64,000 nucleotides of DNA, taken from NCBI GenBank assembly GCA_964589765.1, contig CAZPUM010000001.1, positions 29,118-93,117 of the forward strand, given 5' to 3'. The first letter of the stretch is position 1; each line of letters starts with the position of its first letter. The notes under the pieces are model-generated. The model ran no database searches and had not been told where the DNA came from. It was given only the letters and a program-made list of their open reading frames with translations. Shown piece after piece: positions 9,478 to 19,119 of the stretch. The translations under genes and the position numbers were made by a program. Source of the DNA: an uncultured Methanosarcinales archaeon. GTDB lineage: Archaea > Nanobdellota > Nanobdellia > Woesearchaeales > UBA525.

Positions 9478-9489
9478 CCCTTATAAAGC
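9478..9489 (+). promoter_or_regulatory. BRE/TATA element CCCTTATAAAGC about 25 nt upstream of the Sec61beta ATG (leaderless); coordinates approximate.
   Basis: A TATA-like octamer at the canonical archaeal distance. The identical 12-mer recurs upstream of the gene at 39779. Confidence 0.4.
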
Positions 9490-9508
9490 GACCCATATTT
9501 GCACAATT

Positions 9509-9676
9509 ATGCCAAGAGACAACAAGGTAAGAATGCCCAGTTCAAGCGCTGGAGTACTCAGTTTTTACGATGAGGAAAGGTCCAAAATTCTACTAAAGCC
9601 GGCCCACGTTGTGGCCCTTTGTATAATAGTGGCACTCTTCGTCATGATGCTGAACTACACAAACATATTCGGGTGA
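9509..9676 (+). CDS. secG: Preprotein translocase subunit Sec61beta (archaeal SecG).
   Basis: MPRDNKVRMPSSSAGVLSFYDEE...single C-terminal TM matches the archaeal Sec61beta signature (SSAGL-RYY-EE). The track ORF starts upstream; the internal ATG sits at the correct TATA distance. Confidence 0.7.
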   Translation: MPRDNKVRMPSSSAGVLSFYDEERSKILLKPAHVVALCIIVALFVMMLNYTNIFG

Positions 9677-9680
9677 TTGA

Positions 9681-10016
9681 ATGCTTCCAGGTATGAACTC
9701 CAGACAGATGAAGCAGATGATGAAGCAGATGGGTATTCAGCAACAGGATATCCCTGCCGACCGAGTTGAAATCTATCAGGGCAACACTAAGCTTGTTATT
9801 GATAACCCTCAGGTTGCCAAGGTCAATATGATGGGTCAGAACACATGGCAGGTTATCGGTGAGGCGCGCCAGGAGACTCTGGATACTAAAGCAGAGATTA
9901 ATCAAGAAGATATCCAGACCGTTATGGAACAAACAGGCGCTTCCGAAGAAGATGCCAAAAAAGCAATTGAAGAGGCCGACGGCGACCTGGCAGAAGCGAT
10001 TATGAAACTTTCTTAA
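9681..10016 (+). CDS. nac: Nascent polypeptide-associated complex alpha subunit (NAC domain plus a C-terminal UBA domain).
   Basis: N-terminus MLPGMNSRQMKQMMKQMGI is the archaeal NAC-alpha hallmark. The C-terminal EEDAKKAIEEADGDLAEAI is UBA-like. Confidence 0.85.
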   Translation: MLPGMNSRQMKQMMKQMGIQQQDIPADRVEIYQGNTKLVIDNPQVAKVNMMGQNTWQVIGEARQETLDTKAEINQEDIQTVMEQTGASEEDAKKAIEEADGDLAEAIMKLS

Positions 10017-10027
10017 TAATTTTTAAT

Positions 10028-10333
10028 TCAATCAAATAGTGGAGTAACTCTATCAAGTAAGTCTTGTTTTAAGCGGGGGTTGCCATAAGAGTAAACGTCA
10101 GGGATTCCTGCTGTAAAAATCTTTTTTGTCAGAAAAGCTTCTGGAAACACCTGTTTCAATTCTTCCCTTTGAAACTCTTCCATCAGCACAACGGTATCGG
10201 CCCATTCAATCTTTTCTTTTGTTACAAAATTGTTGAAAACCCCTGCATACTGAGTTGAAAAACTATCCGAAAATATCTCTGCAGCAGCTCTACTCCTATG
10301 TTTACCCTGATTACATACAAAAAGCACGTTCAT
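10028..10333 (-). CDS. Low-molecular-weight phosphatase-like protein with a CX5R motif.
   Basis: VCNQGKHRS P-loop (C-X5-R) near the N-terminus; about 100 aa. Confidence 0.45.
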   Translation of the reverse strand: MNVLFVCNQGKHRSRAAAEIFSDSFSTQYAGVFNNFVTKEKIEWADTVVLMEEFQREELKQVFPEAFLTKKIFTAGIPDVYSYGNPRLKQDLLDRVTPLFD

Positions 10334-10361
10334 TTCATACCTTAACTTTTAACACATATTT

Positions 10362-10787
10362 CTATCTTCCCGAACTACCGAACCCGCCATCTCCTCGAAC
10401 GGTATCATCGAGTTCATCCACATCCAGAATCTCGGCAGTATGGACTGGCTGGACCAGAAGCTGAGCAATTCTGTCACCTTTTCTTACTTCGTAAGGTTCA
10501 TCATGAGTGTTTAGAAGAACAATCTTCAGCTCACCACGGTAAGTGTTGTCAAGGACGCCCGCCATGGTCTTGATACCGTGTTTTGCCGCCATCCCCGACC
10601 TGTCCCAAACCAAACCAACAGTTCCTTCGGGAATGGCAAGTGCGATGGCGGTCGAGACTATGCGTCGCTCTCCCGGCTGTAGAATAACCGTCTCGTACGC
10701 ATGGATATCCATTCCCGCATCGCCAGACCTGCCGTACTTCGGCAACTGTGCATCTGAGTGTAACCTTTTAATTTTCACCTTAGTCAT
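10362..10787 (-). CDS. dut: dUTP diphosphatase.
   Basis: dUTPase motifs GDAGMD, RSG and the C-terminal GGFGSSG. Confidence 0.85.
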   Translation of the reverse strand: MTKVKIKRLHSDAQLPKYGRSGDAGMDIHAYETVILQPGERRIVSTAIALAIPEGTVGLVWDRSGMAAKHGIKTMAGVLDNTYRGELKIVLLNTHDEPYEVRKGDRIAQLLVQPVHTAEILDVDELDDTVRGDGGFGSSGR

Positions 10788-11236
10788 TTTCTTTTCCTCA
10801 TAACATCTACAATCGCTGCTTTGAAATCTTCTGGATCTTTGAAATCCATGTATACAGACGCAAACCTGATGTATGCTATCTTATCAAGGCGTTTTAGCCT
10901 CTTCATCATCAGTTCACCTATAACCTTACTGGAAACCTCTCCTGAGCGCCTCTTTTTAATCTGGTCTTCAACATAATCCAGAGCTGATTCTATCTTGGTA
11001 ACACTTATTGGACGTTTTTCACATGCTCTCAAAATACCATTTCTGAGTTTTTCACGATTAAACTGCTCTCGTCTGCCATCTCTTTTTGCAACAAGAACTG
11101 ATGTGGCTTCAACCCTTTCATAAGTAGTGAACCTCTTTTTACACTTCTTACACTCACGCCTTCTTCTTAGAGCATCTTCAGAATTTCTACTTTCTAGAAC
11201 TTTGCAATCGTCGTTTTTACAGAAAGGACATCTCAT
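10784..11236 (-). CDS. nrdR: Transcriptional repressor NrdR (zinc ribbon plus ATP-cone).
   Basis: MRCPFCKN...CKKCKKRF zinc ribbon followed by an ATP-cone; 4-bp overlap with dut. Confidence 0.8.
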   Translation of the reverse strand: MRCPFCKNDDCKVLESRNSEDALRRRRECKKCKKRFTTYERVEATSVLVAKRDGRREQFNREKLRNGILRACEKRPISVTKIESALDYVEDQIKKRRSGEVSSKVIGELMMKRLKRLDKIAYIRFASVYMDFKDPEDFKAAIVDVMRKRK

Positions 11237-11790
11237 TCAGAATCATCGGGGAAATCCCCGAAGAAGATACACTCAACCAGAGCTGACTCTTCTCCTTCTG
11301 AAGTGTGAAACGCTCTTATATTGGCAGTCGGCATCTGTGTGTGAATGTGGTCAATAATACGAAGTTTCTCATTTTCAGGAAGCTCTCCCCCAACATGAAC
11401 GATTCCATGTTTTACAAGATTGCCTGGAACCGTACTTGATAGGTTTAGCATGCCTTTGTTTAGTTCTCTTGAGTCAACACCTATGTTCTTGGTTTTTTGT
11501 TCTAAATCAATTGTTGCGGTTATTGGCAACACCATCTTGTGAAACTTGTACTCTTCCTCCATCTTCAGGAGTTTCTTAACCAGTTTCATCAGCTTTTCAT
11601 TTGATACAAAAGTGTCTGAGAATATTGCCCCAATCTCTTGGGTCATGAATTCCTCGTAGATAACCTGGTCATCAAGATGGATGGATTCCAAAACTTTTCG
11701 GAGTTCAGGCAGAGTGGACAGAGGGTCATTACTTGTCAATTCAAGTTGAAACGAAGGTAAATCAATCTTAATTTTCATACCATCCTTCAA
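11233..11790 (-). CDS. Hypothetical protein, first gene of the hyp-nrdR-dut operon.
   Basis: A 185-aa ORF with a 4-bp overlap onto nrdR; no recognised domain. Confidence 0.4.
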   Translation of the reverse strand: MKDGMKIKIDLPSFQLELTSNDPLSTLPELRKVLESIHLDDQVIYEEFMTQEIGAIFSDTFVSNEKLMKLVKKLLKMEEEYKFHKMVLPITATIDLEQKTKNIGVDSRELNKGMLNLSSTVPGNLVKHGIVHVGGELPENEKLRIIDHIHTQMPTANIRAFHTSEGEESALVECIFFGDFPDDSE

Positions 11791-11926
11791 ATAACACCAC
11801 CTATGTTACAAATAACCATGTTAATTATAAGCCTTCCTCTAAAAATCATACGATTTTCGTTAAATTCTGACAATTATTCTCATTTTCCATGAGCACGTTT
11901 AATAACCCAAAAAACCTACTGAATAC

Positions 11927-12133
11927 ATGAGTAAACTAGAACTTTGGGCGAAGAGCCACAAAAAAACTGTGGCTGCCACCAGTACCGCCTTTGTGGTAGC
12001 TACTTTGGCGGCTATTTACACAGCAAAAACTCATTCAGAGAAACAGGGAGAGGTTCAGGAGTTTGGCCCCGTGGACCTCTACCAGGATTTTGAGAACGAG
12101 TTTGACCGCGGGTATGCGTTCAAACAGATTTAG
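11927..12133 (+). CDS. Small hypothetical membrane protein.
   Basis: A 68-aa ORF with one predicted TM helix. Confidence 0.2.
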   Translation: MSKLELWAKSHKKTVAATSTAFVVATLAAIYTAKTHSEKQGEVQEFGPVDLYQDFENEFDRGYAFKQI

Positions 12134-12584
12134 CCCATAACCCGCCGGAAAGTATGGCGAGCATTATGACTGCCAGTTGACTGCCCAGGCATACAATACA
12201 TAGAGCACCAATCACAAACACTTCTATGCACGTCAAGTATATTTGGAAAGCAAGCATTACAAAGACAATTATCGATATGTACTGCCAGAAATCTTTGCTG
12301 GTGAAACCTGAGATTCTTTCTATGACCTTTCTTAGGGTAACTAAAAGTGCTACGAAAAGATAGGCCAATAGTCCAAGTGCTGCTACAGGAATTCCTAGAA
12401 TGGTTGCCCATGGACTTTTGTTTACTTTGTCGCAATTGAAACTGGCCGAAATATTACAAAAACTACTGTCATCCGGCGCAAAGTGAAGACCTACGCCGTA
12501 TGTAGCTATTACAACTCCCATCAATGCCACCAGTATGAAAGCCCATTCTTGCCAGGATTTTACCATAAACTGTCTATAAACCAC
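12120..12584 (-). CDS. Vitamin K epoxide reductase (VKOR) family protein.
   Basis: Four or five TM helices; a loop Cys pair (CNISASFNC) and a TM-embedded CIVC (CXXC) active-site motif. Confidence 0.6.
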   Translation of the reverse strand: MVYRQFMVKSWQEWAFILVALMGVVIATYGVGLHFAPDDSSFCNISASFNCDKVNKSPWATILGIPVAALGLLAYLFVALLVTLRKVIERISGFTSKDFWQYISIIVFVMLAFQIYLTCIEVFVIGALCIVCLGSQLAVIMLAILSGGLWAKSV

Positions 12585-12709
12585 CCATTTATACTGTTTG
12601 TGGAGACATATATCTGTAAAACATATCTGTTAAATCCCCAGAAAGTATTTAAATGAGCAATATACTAATGTGGCTACTAGCATACAGCGACAACACTTGG
12701 TGAGATACA

Positions 12710-13132
12710 GTGTACAGTGACTACTTAACGCTCGAAGAGGCCGAAACCCGACTAAAAAACGTCCGACCACTACTCGAATCTGCGCGCAGACTAAAGAGAG
12801 AGATTGAGATGATAGCCGCGGGTTACGACTATGACACAACACTTCTTGAACACGAAATGCCACGACTTAACACCCTTGCGCATAAGCTAGGACTGAAACT
12901 TGAGAGAATGGAAGAACTCGGTTGTTACGTAAAAGACCTCGACATAGGAATAGTAGACTTTCTAACACAATTCGAAGGACGCGATGTTTTCTTAAGCTGG
13001 AAACTTGGCGAACATAAAATTCAGTTCTGGCATGAGATGGACGAAGGGTTCAGCCAGAGACAACCAATTCTCGACTTAAGTCAGCTCGACCTGGATTTCG
13101 AATTCGAAACTCCCCTCATGAATGAGGACTAG
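12710..13132 (+). CDS. Hypothetical protein.
   Basis: A 140-aa acidic ORF; no recognised domain. Confidence 0.4.
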   Translation: MYSDYLTLEEAETRLKNVRPLLESARRLKREIEMIAAGYDYDTTLLEHEMPRLNTLAHKLGLKLERMEELGCYVKDLDIGIVDFLTQFEGRDVFLSWKLGEHKIQFWHEMDEGFSQRQPILDLSQLDLDFEFETPLMNED

Positions 13133-13437
13133 TCAGGAAATTTACTCTTAATCTGAGATTCTACAGCCTCTAATGCAACCTTTACAGCAACAGGAAGCTC
13201 CCACGAATCTTTAGATGAGTGAATTGAACCCCCAGGATAGTTTACTCTTGCGTTAACCGCAAACTTCTGCCTGTCACCATCCTTTTGATATGCTTTTGTG
13301 TGAATTACAACCTCAAGTTCATTGTTAAGCAGTTGCTTATACCTGTCAGCAAACTTTGCTGCATGGTCATAAGCTAACTGAAAATGCTCTTCTTCCGTAT
13401 TAATTCCGTCAATTCCAACAAACTTCACATTAGCCAT
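13129..13437 (-). CDS. hpf: Ribosome hibernation promoting factor / RaiA (YfiA) family protein.
   Basis: Alignable to bacterial short HPF: ...VNARVNYPGGSIHSSKDSWELPVAVKVALEAVESQIKSKF versus [35 protein letters not shown]. Confidence 0.6.
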   Translation of the reverse strand: MANVKFVGIDGINTEEEHFQLAYDHAAKFADRYKQLLNNELEVVIHTKAYQKDGDRQKFAVNARVNYPGGSIHSSKDSWELPVAVKVALEAVESQIKSKFPD

Positions 13438-13683
13438 TTTATCACCCTAGGTTAAGAAAACAGAGCAACTATTTAGTTATTATGAAGGGGGTGGCCAAAG
13501 AATCATGATACAGGCGCGTATGGGGACGACAGAAGCTATGACCACCACCTACTAAAGTTAACGATAGTTTATTCTTAAATCTTTTCCACAATTAAAAACG
13601 CCTTTGCCCCGCAAAGTCAATTATTGGAAAAACAGCATTTATTGTTCATAAATACTTTAATACATAGCCACAATAGTCAAATT

Positions 13684-14496
13684 ATGGTAATAGACCTTTC
13701 CCCATATGATGATGAGTTCAAGAACCTCAAAAAGGACCTCAACATCAAACGCCAGAGAGAGACAACCCTTGCCAGCGTTAAAAGACGAGTGGCAATCCAC
13801 AGTGGCAAGGGAGGGGTAGGAAAGACATTCATGACTGTGAATGTAGCTTATGCCCTTGCCGAGCGAGGCTACCAAGTAGGCATTCTGGACGCGGACGTTG
13901 ACTGTCCAAACATCCCAAAGTTTTTGGGAATCACCGCGTCCATGAGAGTTGATCAGGACAAAAAATTCATTCCAATTAATCATCAGGGAGTTAAGATTGT
14001 TAGCATGGGCCTGACAAGAGACGACGAAGGAGAACCCTTCCTTATTCGAGGCCCAGCAAAACACAGGATAGCAATAGACCTCCTGACCAACACAAACTGG
14101 GGGGCATTAGACTTTCTGATTATAGACTTACCCCCCGGAACAGCAGATGTTCCTATGAGTTTACTTGAGTTTGGAAAAGTGGAGGAGATTCTTTATGTTA
14201 CAAGTCCTCAGAAAGACTCCTTAATGGATACAAGAAAATCCATAGAGATGGGCAGACAGTTCGGGATTCACGCAACGGGAATCGTGGAGAACATGTCAGG
14301 AGGATTCTTTGGCACAGGAAAAGCTCTGAGTCTCGCTGAAGAGACAGGGATTCCTCTTGTCGGCACAGTACCTCTTGACAAAAACATTCTTTCTATGAAT
14401 GAAAGAGGGGACATAGCTTTCACAGACGTAGATTTTGAAGAAGTCTCTAAACCGATTGTTGACGCCATTATTGCCAATCTCGAATCTAGGACATGA
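13684..14496 (+). CDS. apbC: Mrp/NBP35/ApbC-family Fe-S cluster carrier ATPase.
   Basis: Deviant Walker A GKGGVGKT; Mrp family signature. Internal ATG chosen about 28 nt downstream of a TATA-like ctttaata. Confidence 0.8.
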   Translation: MVIDLSPYDDEFKNLKKDLNIKRQRETTLASVKRRVAIHSGKGGVGKTFMTVNVAYALAERGYQVGILDADVDCPNIPKFLGITASMRVDQDKKFIPINHQGVKIVSMGLTRDDEGEPFLIRGPAKHRIAIDLLTNTNWGALDFLIIDLPPGTADVPMSLLEFGKVEEILYVTSPQKDSLMDTRKSIEMGRQFGIHATGIVENMSGGFFGTGKALSLAEETGIPLVGTVPLDKNILSMNERGDIAFTDVDFEEVSKPIVDAIIANLESRT

Positions 14497-15226
14497 GAGA
14501 TTCATAACCGACAGTTTCTATCTCATTAGCAAGCTCTTTTCCACCTGATTTTATTATTTTTCCGTCAGAAAAAATATGGACTTTATCAGGCACAACATAG
14601 TGAAGTATTCTGTTGTAATGAGTTATCAAAAGAGCGCCATGCTCAGGACCTCTAAGTTTGTTTATTCCTTCTGCAACAATTTTCAGAGCATCAACATCCA
14701 AACCTGAATCAGTCTCATCGAGAATAGCAAACTTAGGCATAAGCATAAGCATCTGGAGAATCTCCATTCGCTTTTTTTCTCCACCTGAGAACCCCTCATT
14801 AAGATAGCGCTTTGCGAAAGTAGGGTCAACCTTGAAATTGTGTAGTTTCTCATCGAATTTTCTGTGAAACTCAAGAACATCCTGTTCCTCGCCAGTAACT
14901 TCCTTCACTGCTTGCCTCATAAAGTTCTCAACAGTCACCCCTGGAATCTCTACAGGGTACTGGAAACTAAGGAACAACCCTTTTTTAGCACGTTCGTCTG
15001 GAGACCAGTCATTGAAAACCTCCCCATCAAGAAGCATAACCCCTTCAGTAATCTCATACTTGGGATGACCCATTATTACAAACGCGAGAGTGCTCTTACC
15101 ACTTCCATTTGGACCCATTAAAGCGTGGACCTCATTTGTATCTATCTCTAAGGATACCCCTTTCAGTATCTCTTTTCCATTGACACTTGCGTGAATATTT
15201 TTTAGTTCAAGAGTTGCCATTTTCAA
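14486..15226 (-). CDS. sufC: Fe-S cluster assembly ATPase SufC.
   Basis: GPNGSGKST Walker A; ABC signature SGGEKKR; SufC length. Confidence 0.9.
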   Translation of the reverse strand: MKMATLELKNIHASVNGKEILKGVSLEIDTNEVHALMGPNGSGKSTLAFVIMGHPKYEITEGVMLLDGEVFNDWSPDERAKKGLFLSFQYPVEIPGVTVENFMRQAVKEVTGEEQDVLEFHRKFDEKLHNFKVDPTFAKRYLNEGFSGGEKKRMEILQMLMLMPKFAILDETDSGLDVDALKIVAEGINKLRGPEHGALLITHYNRILHYVVPDKVHIFSDGKIIKSGGKELANEIETVGYESLMS

Positions 15227-16832
15227 CCTCCCTTATTGCGCACTGAGTAGCCCTAAGACCAAGCATTGCGCATCTTGCCCTGACAGGCTTTGTTGAGAAA
15301 TCTATCCCTGTTATTTTGTTTACAAAACTTAAATCCAGTTCCTGGACATCAATAACAGACATGCCTTTCAGCTTTGTTGTCAAAATGCTCATTGTTGCTT
15401 GCGATATCGCGCAACCATCGCCCATAAAAGCCACTTCCTTAATTTTGTCTTCAGAAACAACAACTGTTGCCTTGATTGTGTCTCCGCAATTAGGGTTTTT
15501 ACCAAGGCAACTATGACCTTCAATATCTTTTTTGTTTCTAGGGTTGAGCACATGGTCTCTGATATGCTCTTTAATCACTTCATCATCGACATCAATTGAG
15601 GCAGGGTCGTATGACTCGTTCATTGTATTTATGGCTTTGATTAGCCTGTCAACATCATCTTTTGTATTGTAAACCCCCAGGCTTATTCTGATAGTAAATA
15701 CTTCCTTGCCTGTTCCAATATCATTCTCATGCTCAAGACCTAACGCACAATGAAGAGGGTGTGTACAGTGGCTTCCCGCCCTCACAGCTATACCTTGCAT
15801 GTCAAGAGTTGAGGCAAAATCGTGGGGGTGCCAACCTTTCATAAGAACACTTACATCACCTATTCTGTTCTCAATTGTGTCAGGACCTATTATTGTTATC
15901 TCCGCGATATTTTTTAGCGAGTCCAAAAGATACTGAAGAACGTCTTGTTCGATTTTCTGAATCTTTACCCAACCCGTTTTTTGTATGAAATCTATCGCTG
16001 CCGAAAGCCCAACCGCCTGTGCTAGCGTGGGCGTTCCTGCCTCAAACTTTGCAACACCCTCTTTGAAAAGGGTGTCTTCAACCGTGACCTTTTCTACCAT
16101 TTCCCCCCCATAAATTACTGGAGGCCATGCTTTCAGAAGTTCTCTTTTTGCGTACAGGACTCCTATTCCAGAAGGCCCGTACATTTTGTGGGCGCCAAAA
16201 CAGTAGACATCAACATCAAGCGCCTTCACATCAACAGGCATGTGCGCAACTGCCTGCGCACCATCAACAACGAATGTTGCTTGTGGAGAATTTTCTCTTA
16301 CAATTTTACCAATCTCAACTATCTGATTTATAGTTCCAAGAACATTGCTCACATGTGTACAAGCGAAAACCTTCGTATTTTCGTTTAGTTTCTCTTTCAA
16401 CACCTCAAGGTCCAATCTGAAATCAGGAGTTATTGGAACAACATCAAACTTCAAGCCAAATTTTTTTGCCAGTTGTTGCCATACAACAAAGTTGCTGTGG
16501 TGCTCCATAATAGTTACAAGAACTTGATCTCCAGGTTTGAGTCCCTCAAATATTGCCCGCGCAGAAATATTCAATGCGAGTGTTGTTCCCGAACAGAAGA
16601 CTATCTCATCCGGTTCGGCATTGATGAACTGCGCGGTCTTATTTCTTGAATCCTCAAACGCTTTTGTTGCCCTTTCGGCAAGAACATGTGCACTCCTGTG
16701 CACATTTGCGTTGGAGGTCTCGTAGAACTTCCGTTCTGCATCCAACACCGCTTCAGGTTTCTGCGAGGTTGCCGCGGTGTCAAAGTAAACAATTCCAGGA
16801 TTGTTTTTTAGTAGGGGAAAAAACTCTTTCAT
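15207..16832 (-). CDS. sufS: Fusion protein: cysteine desulfurase SufS (N-terminal) plus a SufU/IscU-type scaffold domain (C-terminal).
   Basis: PLP-lysine motif GAHKMYGPSGIGVLY and RAGSHCTHP active-site Cys in the first about 400 aa. The C-terminal about 130 aa carry the three SufU cysteines (NCGD..., GDGCAISQA, RARCAML). Confidence 0.8.
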   Translation of the reverse strand: MKEFFPLLKNNPGIVYFDTAATSQKPEAVLDAERKFYETSNANVHRSAHVLAERATKAFEDSRNKTAQFINAEPDEIVFCSGTTLALNISARAIFEGLKPGDQVLVTIMEHHSNFVVWQQLAKKFGLKFDVVPITPDFRLDLEVLKEKLNENTKVFACTHVSNVLGTINQIVEIGKIVRENSPQATFVVDGAQAVAHMPVDVKALDVDVYCFGAHKMYGPSGIGVLYAKRELLKAWPPVIYGGEMVEKVTVEDTLFKEGVAKFEAGTPTLAQAVGLSAAIDFIQKTGWVKIQKIEQDVLQYLLDSLKNIAEITIIGPDTIENRIGDVSVLMKGWHPHDFASTLDMQGIAVRAGSHCTHPLHCALGLEHENDIGTGKEVFTIRISLGVYNTKDDVDRLIKAINTMNESYDPASIDVDDEVIKEHIRDHVLNPRNKKDIEGHSCLGKNPNCGDTIKATVVVSEDKIKEVAFMGDGCAISQATMSILTTKLKGMSVIDVQELDLSFVNKITGIDFSTKPVRARCAMLGLRATQCAIREVENGNS

Positions 16833-17701
16833 ACGGACACCTTCATGAACATTTTTTGTTTAATATGTTCTCCGTGACTTCCCATCCTGCTCAAAATACC
16901 ATCAAAAAACCCGTGAAGTATTAACTGCACTGCTGTTTTTGTAGGTATCCCTCTGGTTCTAAAATAGAATATCAGCTCATCATCCAATTGGCCCAGAGAA
17001 ACACCATGACTACATTTTACGTTTTCATTATTTATCTCGAGGTTGGGCTCAGCATCCATTTTCGCGTTCTCTGAAAGTAGTATTGTCTCCTCTTTCTGGT
17101 AAGCGTCACAATCTTTGGCATCTTTTTCAATACGAATCATTCCTTTATAGACACCTTCGCTTTCATCAAACATCACCGCTCTGGTTAACATGTTACTTGT
17201 GCTGTTCGGTCCTGCATGAATCATCATACTTTTTACGTCGCACTTGTTTTTGTCTTTACCCAGAACAACACTCTCAAATCTGGCATTGGACCCTTTGCCC
17301 GCCAGAAAACTTGTCACAGCAATCCTGCTGGTTCCTGATGTTGCGTCAACCCACATAATACTGGCGTCTGACATCAAGTGAGCATGTCTTGAAATCTGTT
17401 TATCAGTTGTTTCGCTGAAATATTTTATGAAAGCATTTGGGTGAACAAGAATGTCAATATTCGCACAACCTTCTGTTTTTTCAAGAATTGTTGCGTTTGC
17501 ACCCGGAGAAACAATTATTGTAACAGTCTCGTCTTCTGCCATACAAATCTCAACAGGCATGTCATTTACCCAAGTTTCAGGAATTACATAAACAACCTCT
17601 TTTCCTTTTCCAGGACGCCAACCAGGACAGTTCTGAAAGTGTGTCATCGCCCCATCCAATTTTTTGCAAGAGTCCAACCCCTGTAATGGTCTGAGTTTCA
17701 A
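16829..17701 (-). CDS. sufD: Fe-S cluster assembly protein SufD (short form).
   Basis: SufB/SufD C-terminal beta-helix signature (SHGVSLGQLDDELIFYFRTRGI); 4-bp overlaps with both neighbours. Confidence 0.75.
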   Translation of the reverse strand: MKLRPLQGLDSCKKLDGAMTHFQNCPGWRPGKGKEVVYVIPETWVNDMPVEICMAEDETVTIIVSPGANATILEKTEGCANIDILVHPNAFIKYFSETTDKQISRHAHLMSDASIMWVDATSGTSRIAVTSFLAGKGSNARFESVVLGKDKNKCDVKSMMIHAGPNSTSNMLTRAVMFDESEGVYKGMIRIEKDAKDCDAYQKEETILLSENAKMDAEPNLEINNENVKCSHGVSLGQLDDELIFYFRTRGIPTKTAVQLILHGFFDGILSRMGSHGEHIKQKMFMKVSV

Positions 17702-19119
17702 CCTACACTCCCCTCCATTTCAAGTTCTATCAGTTTGTTAAGTTCAACCGAGTATTCCAAAGGCAGAGCTTTCACAATCGGTTCAATAAACCCGCTGACA
17801 ACAAGCTGTTTTGCTCGTTCCTCAGATAGACCACGGCTCATTAAGTAGAATATTTCATCAGTTCCTATTTTTCCTACAGTAGCCTCATGCGCAATTGTAA
17901 CTTTATCGTTCGCAATTTTCATAGTCGGATAAGTGTTACTTGTGCTTTCCTCTCCAACTAACAACGCGTCACAATCGACACTAACCTTGCTGTTTATTGC
18001 TCTCTGAGTAACCTTTACCAAACCTCGATAAGAACTGATGCCCCCGTCCTTGCTGATGGATTTCGCAACTATGTTGCTGGATGTGTCAGGGGCCGCATGT
18101 ATCACCTTGCTACCAGTATCCTGGTTCTGACCCTCTGAGGCGAACGCGATTCCTAAACTGTCTGAACGCGCACCCCTCCCTGCCAGGATACTACAGGGGT
18201 ACAGCATTGTTACACCACTCCCAAGATTGCCGTTGATCCATTCTATCACCCCTCCTTCTTGAACAACGGCACGTTTAGTGTTCAGATTGTAAGTGTTTTT
18301 GCTCCAGTTTTCTACACTGCTGTATCGTACGCGGGCCCCTTTCATAACATGTATCTCTACGCATCCCGCGTGTAGTGCACTTGTGTTGAACTGAGGGGCA
18401 GAACACCCCTCGATGTAATGAACCTCACTTCCCTCATCGGCAATAATCAAAGTGTGTTCAAACTGACCGCCGTACTCGGCGTTCATTCTGAAATAGGCTT
18501 GAAGTGGAATCTTGACCTTGACACCTTTCGGTATATATATGAAGGTTCCTCCTGACCAGACAGCTGTGTGAAGCATCACAAATTTGTGGTCGTTAATTGG
18601 AACACAGGATGTCATAAAGAACCTTTTAACTAAATCTTCGTGTTCTCTAAGAGCTGTGTCCATGTTTGTAAAAATAACTCCTTGTGATTCCCATTCTTTC
18701 TTTAGATTGTGGTAAACAACTTCGCTGTCGTACTGTGCACCGACACCTGATAGAGATTTCTTTTCAGCTTCTGGAATTCCAATACGTTCGTATGTTTTAC
18801 GGATATCTTCCGGCAGGTCTTCCCATTTTGTAGACTCTGTAGCTTTTGGTTTGATAAAAAATTTGATTTTAGGAATATCTCTGATAAGTTTTGAAAGGTC
18901 AGGTCCCCATTTGGGAAAGTCGGTTTTGTTGTAAAGTTCCAAACCTCTCAACCTCTTTTGAAGCATCCAGAGTGGTTCTTTTTTTAGAGCACTGATGATT
19001 TTCACAAGCTCCCTATTTACTCCAGGGGGCGCTTCAAACTCCGGGTCATGTAAATTCGCAGAGTCATAACGCGAACGGTCTATGTTGAAAGTGCTCACAT
19101 CGAGCATCGGAAGTGCCAT
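17698..19119 (-). CDS. sufB: Fe-S cluster assembly protein SufB.
   Basis: About 470 aa; conserved SufB core (…AHEATVGKIGTDEIFYLMSRGL…). Confidence 0.9.
   Translation of the reverse strand: MALPMLDVSTFNIDRSRYDSANLHDPEFEAPPGVNRELVKIISALKKEPLWMLQKRLRGLELYNKTDFPKWGPDLSKLIRDIPKIKFFIKPKATESTKWEDLPEDIRKTYERIGIPEAEKKSLSGVGAQYDSEVVYHNLKKEWESQGVIFTNMDTALREHEDLVKRFFMTSCVPINDHKFVMLHTAVWSGGTFIYIPKGVKVKIPLQAYFRMNAEYGGQFEHTLIIADEGSEVHYIEGCSAPQFNTSALHAGCVEIHVMKGARVRYSSVENWSKNTYNLNTKRAVVQEGGVIEWINGNLGSGVTMLYPCSILAGRGARSDSLGIAFASEGQNQDTGSKVIHAAPDTSSNIVAKSISKDGGISSYRGLVKVTQRAINSKVSVDCDALLVGEESTSNTYPTMKIANDKVTIAHEATVGKIGTDEIFYLMSRGLSEERAKQLVVSGFIEPIVKALPLEYSVELNKLIELEMEGSVG

Noticed and set aside
13085-13112. 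tRNA T-loop-like ggatttcgaattcgaaac.
   Set aside because: It lies inside a CDS with no acceptor or D-arm context. I found no convincing tRNA, for example a GGTTCGAATCC-type arm with a paired acceptor, anywhere in the window.
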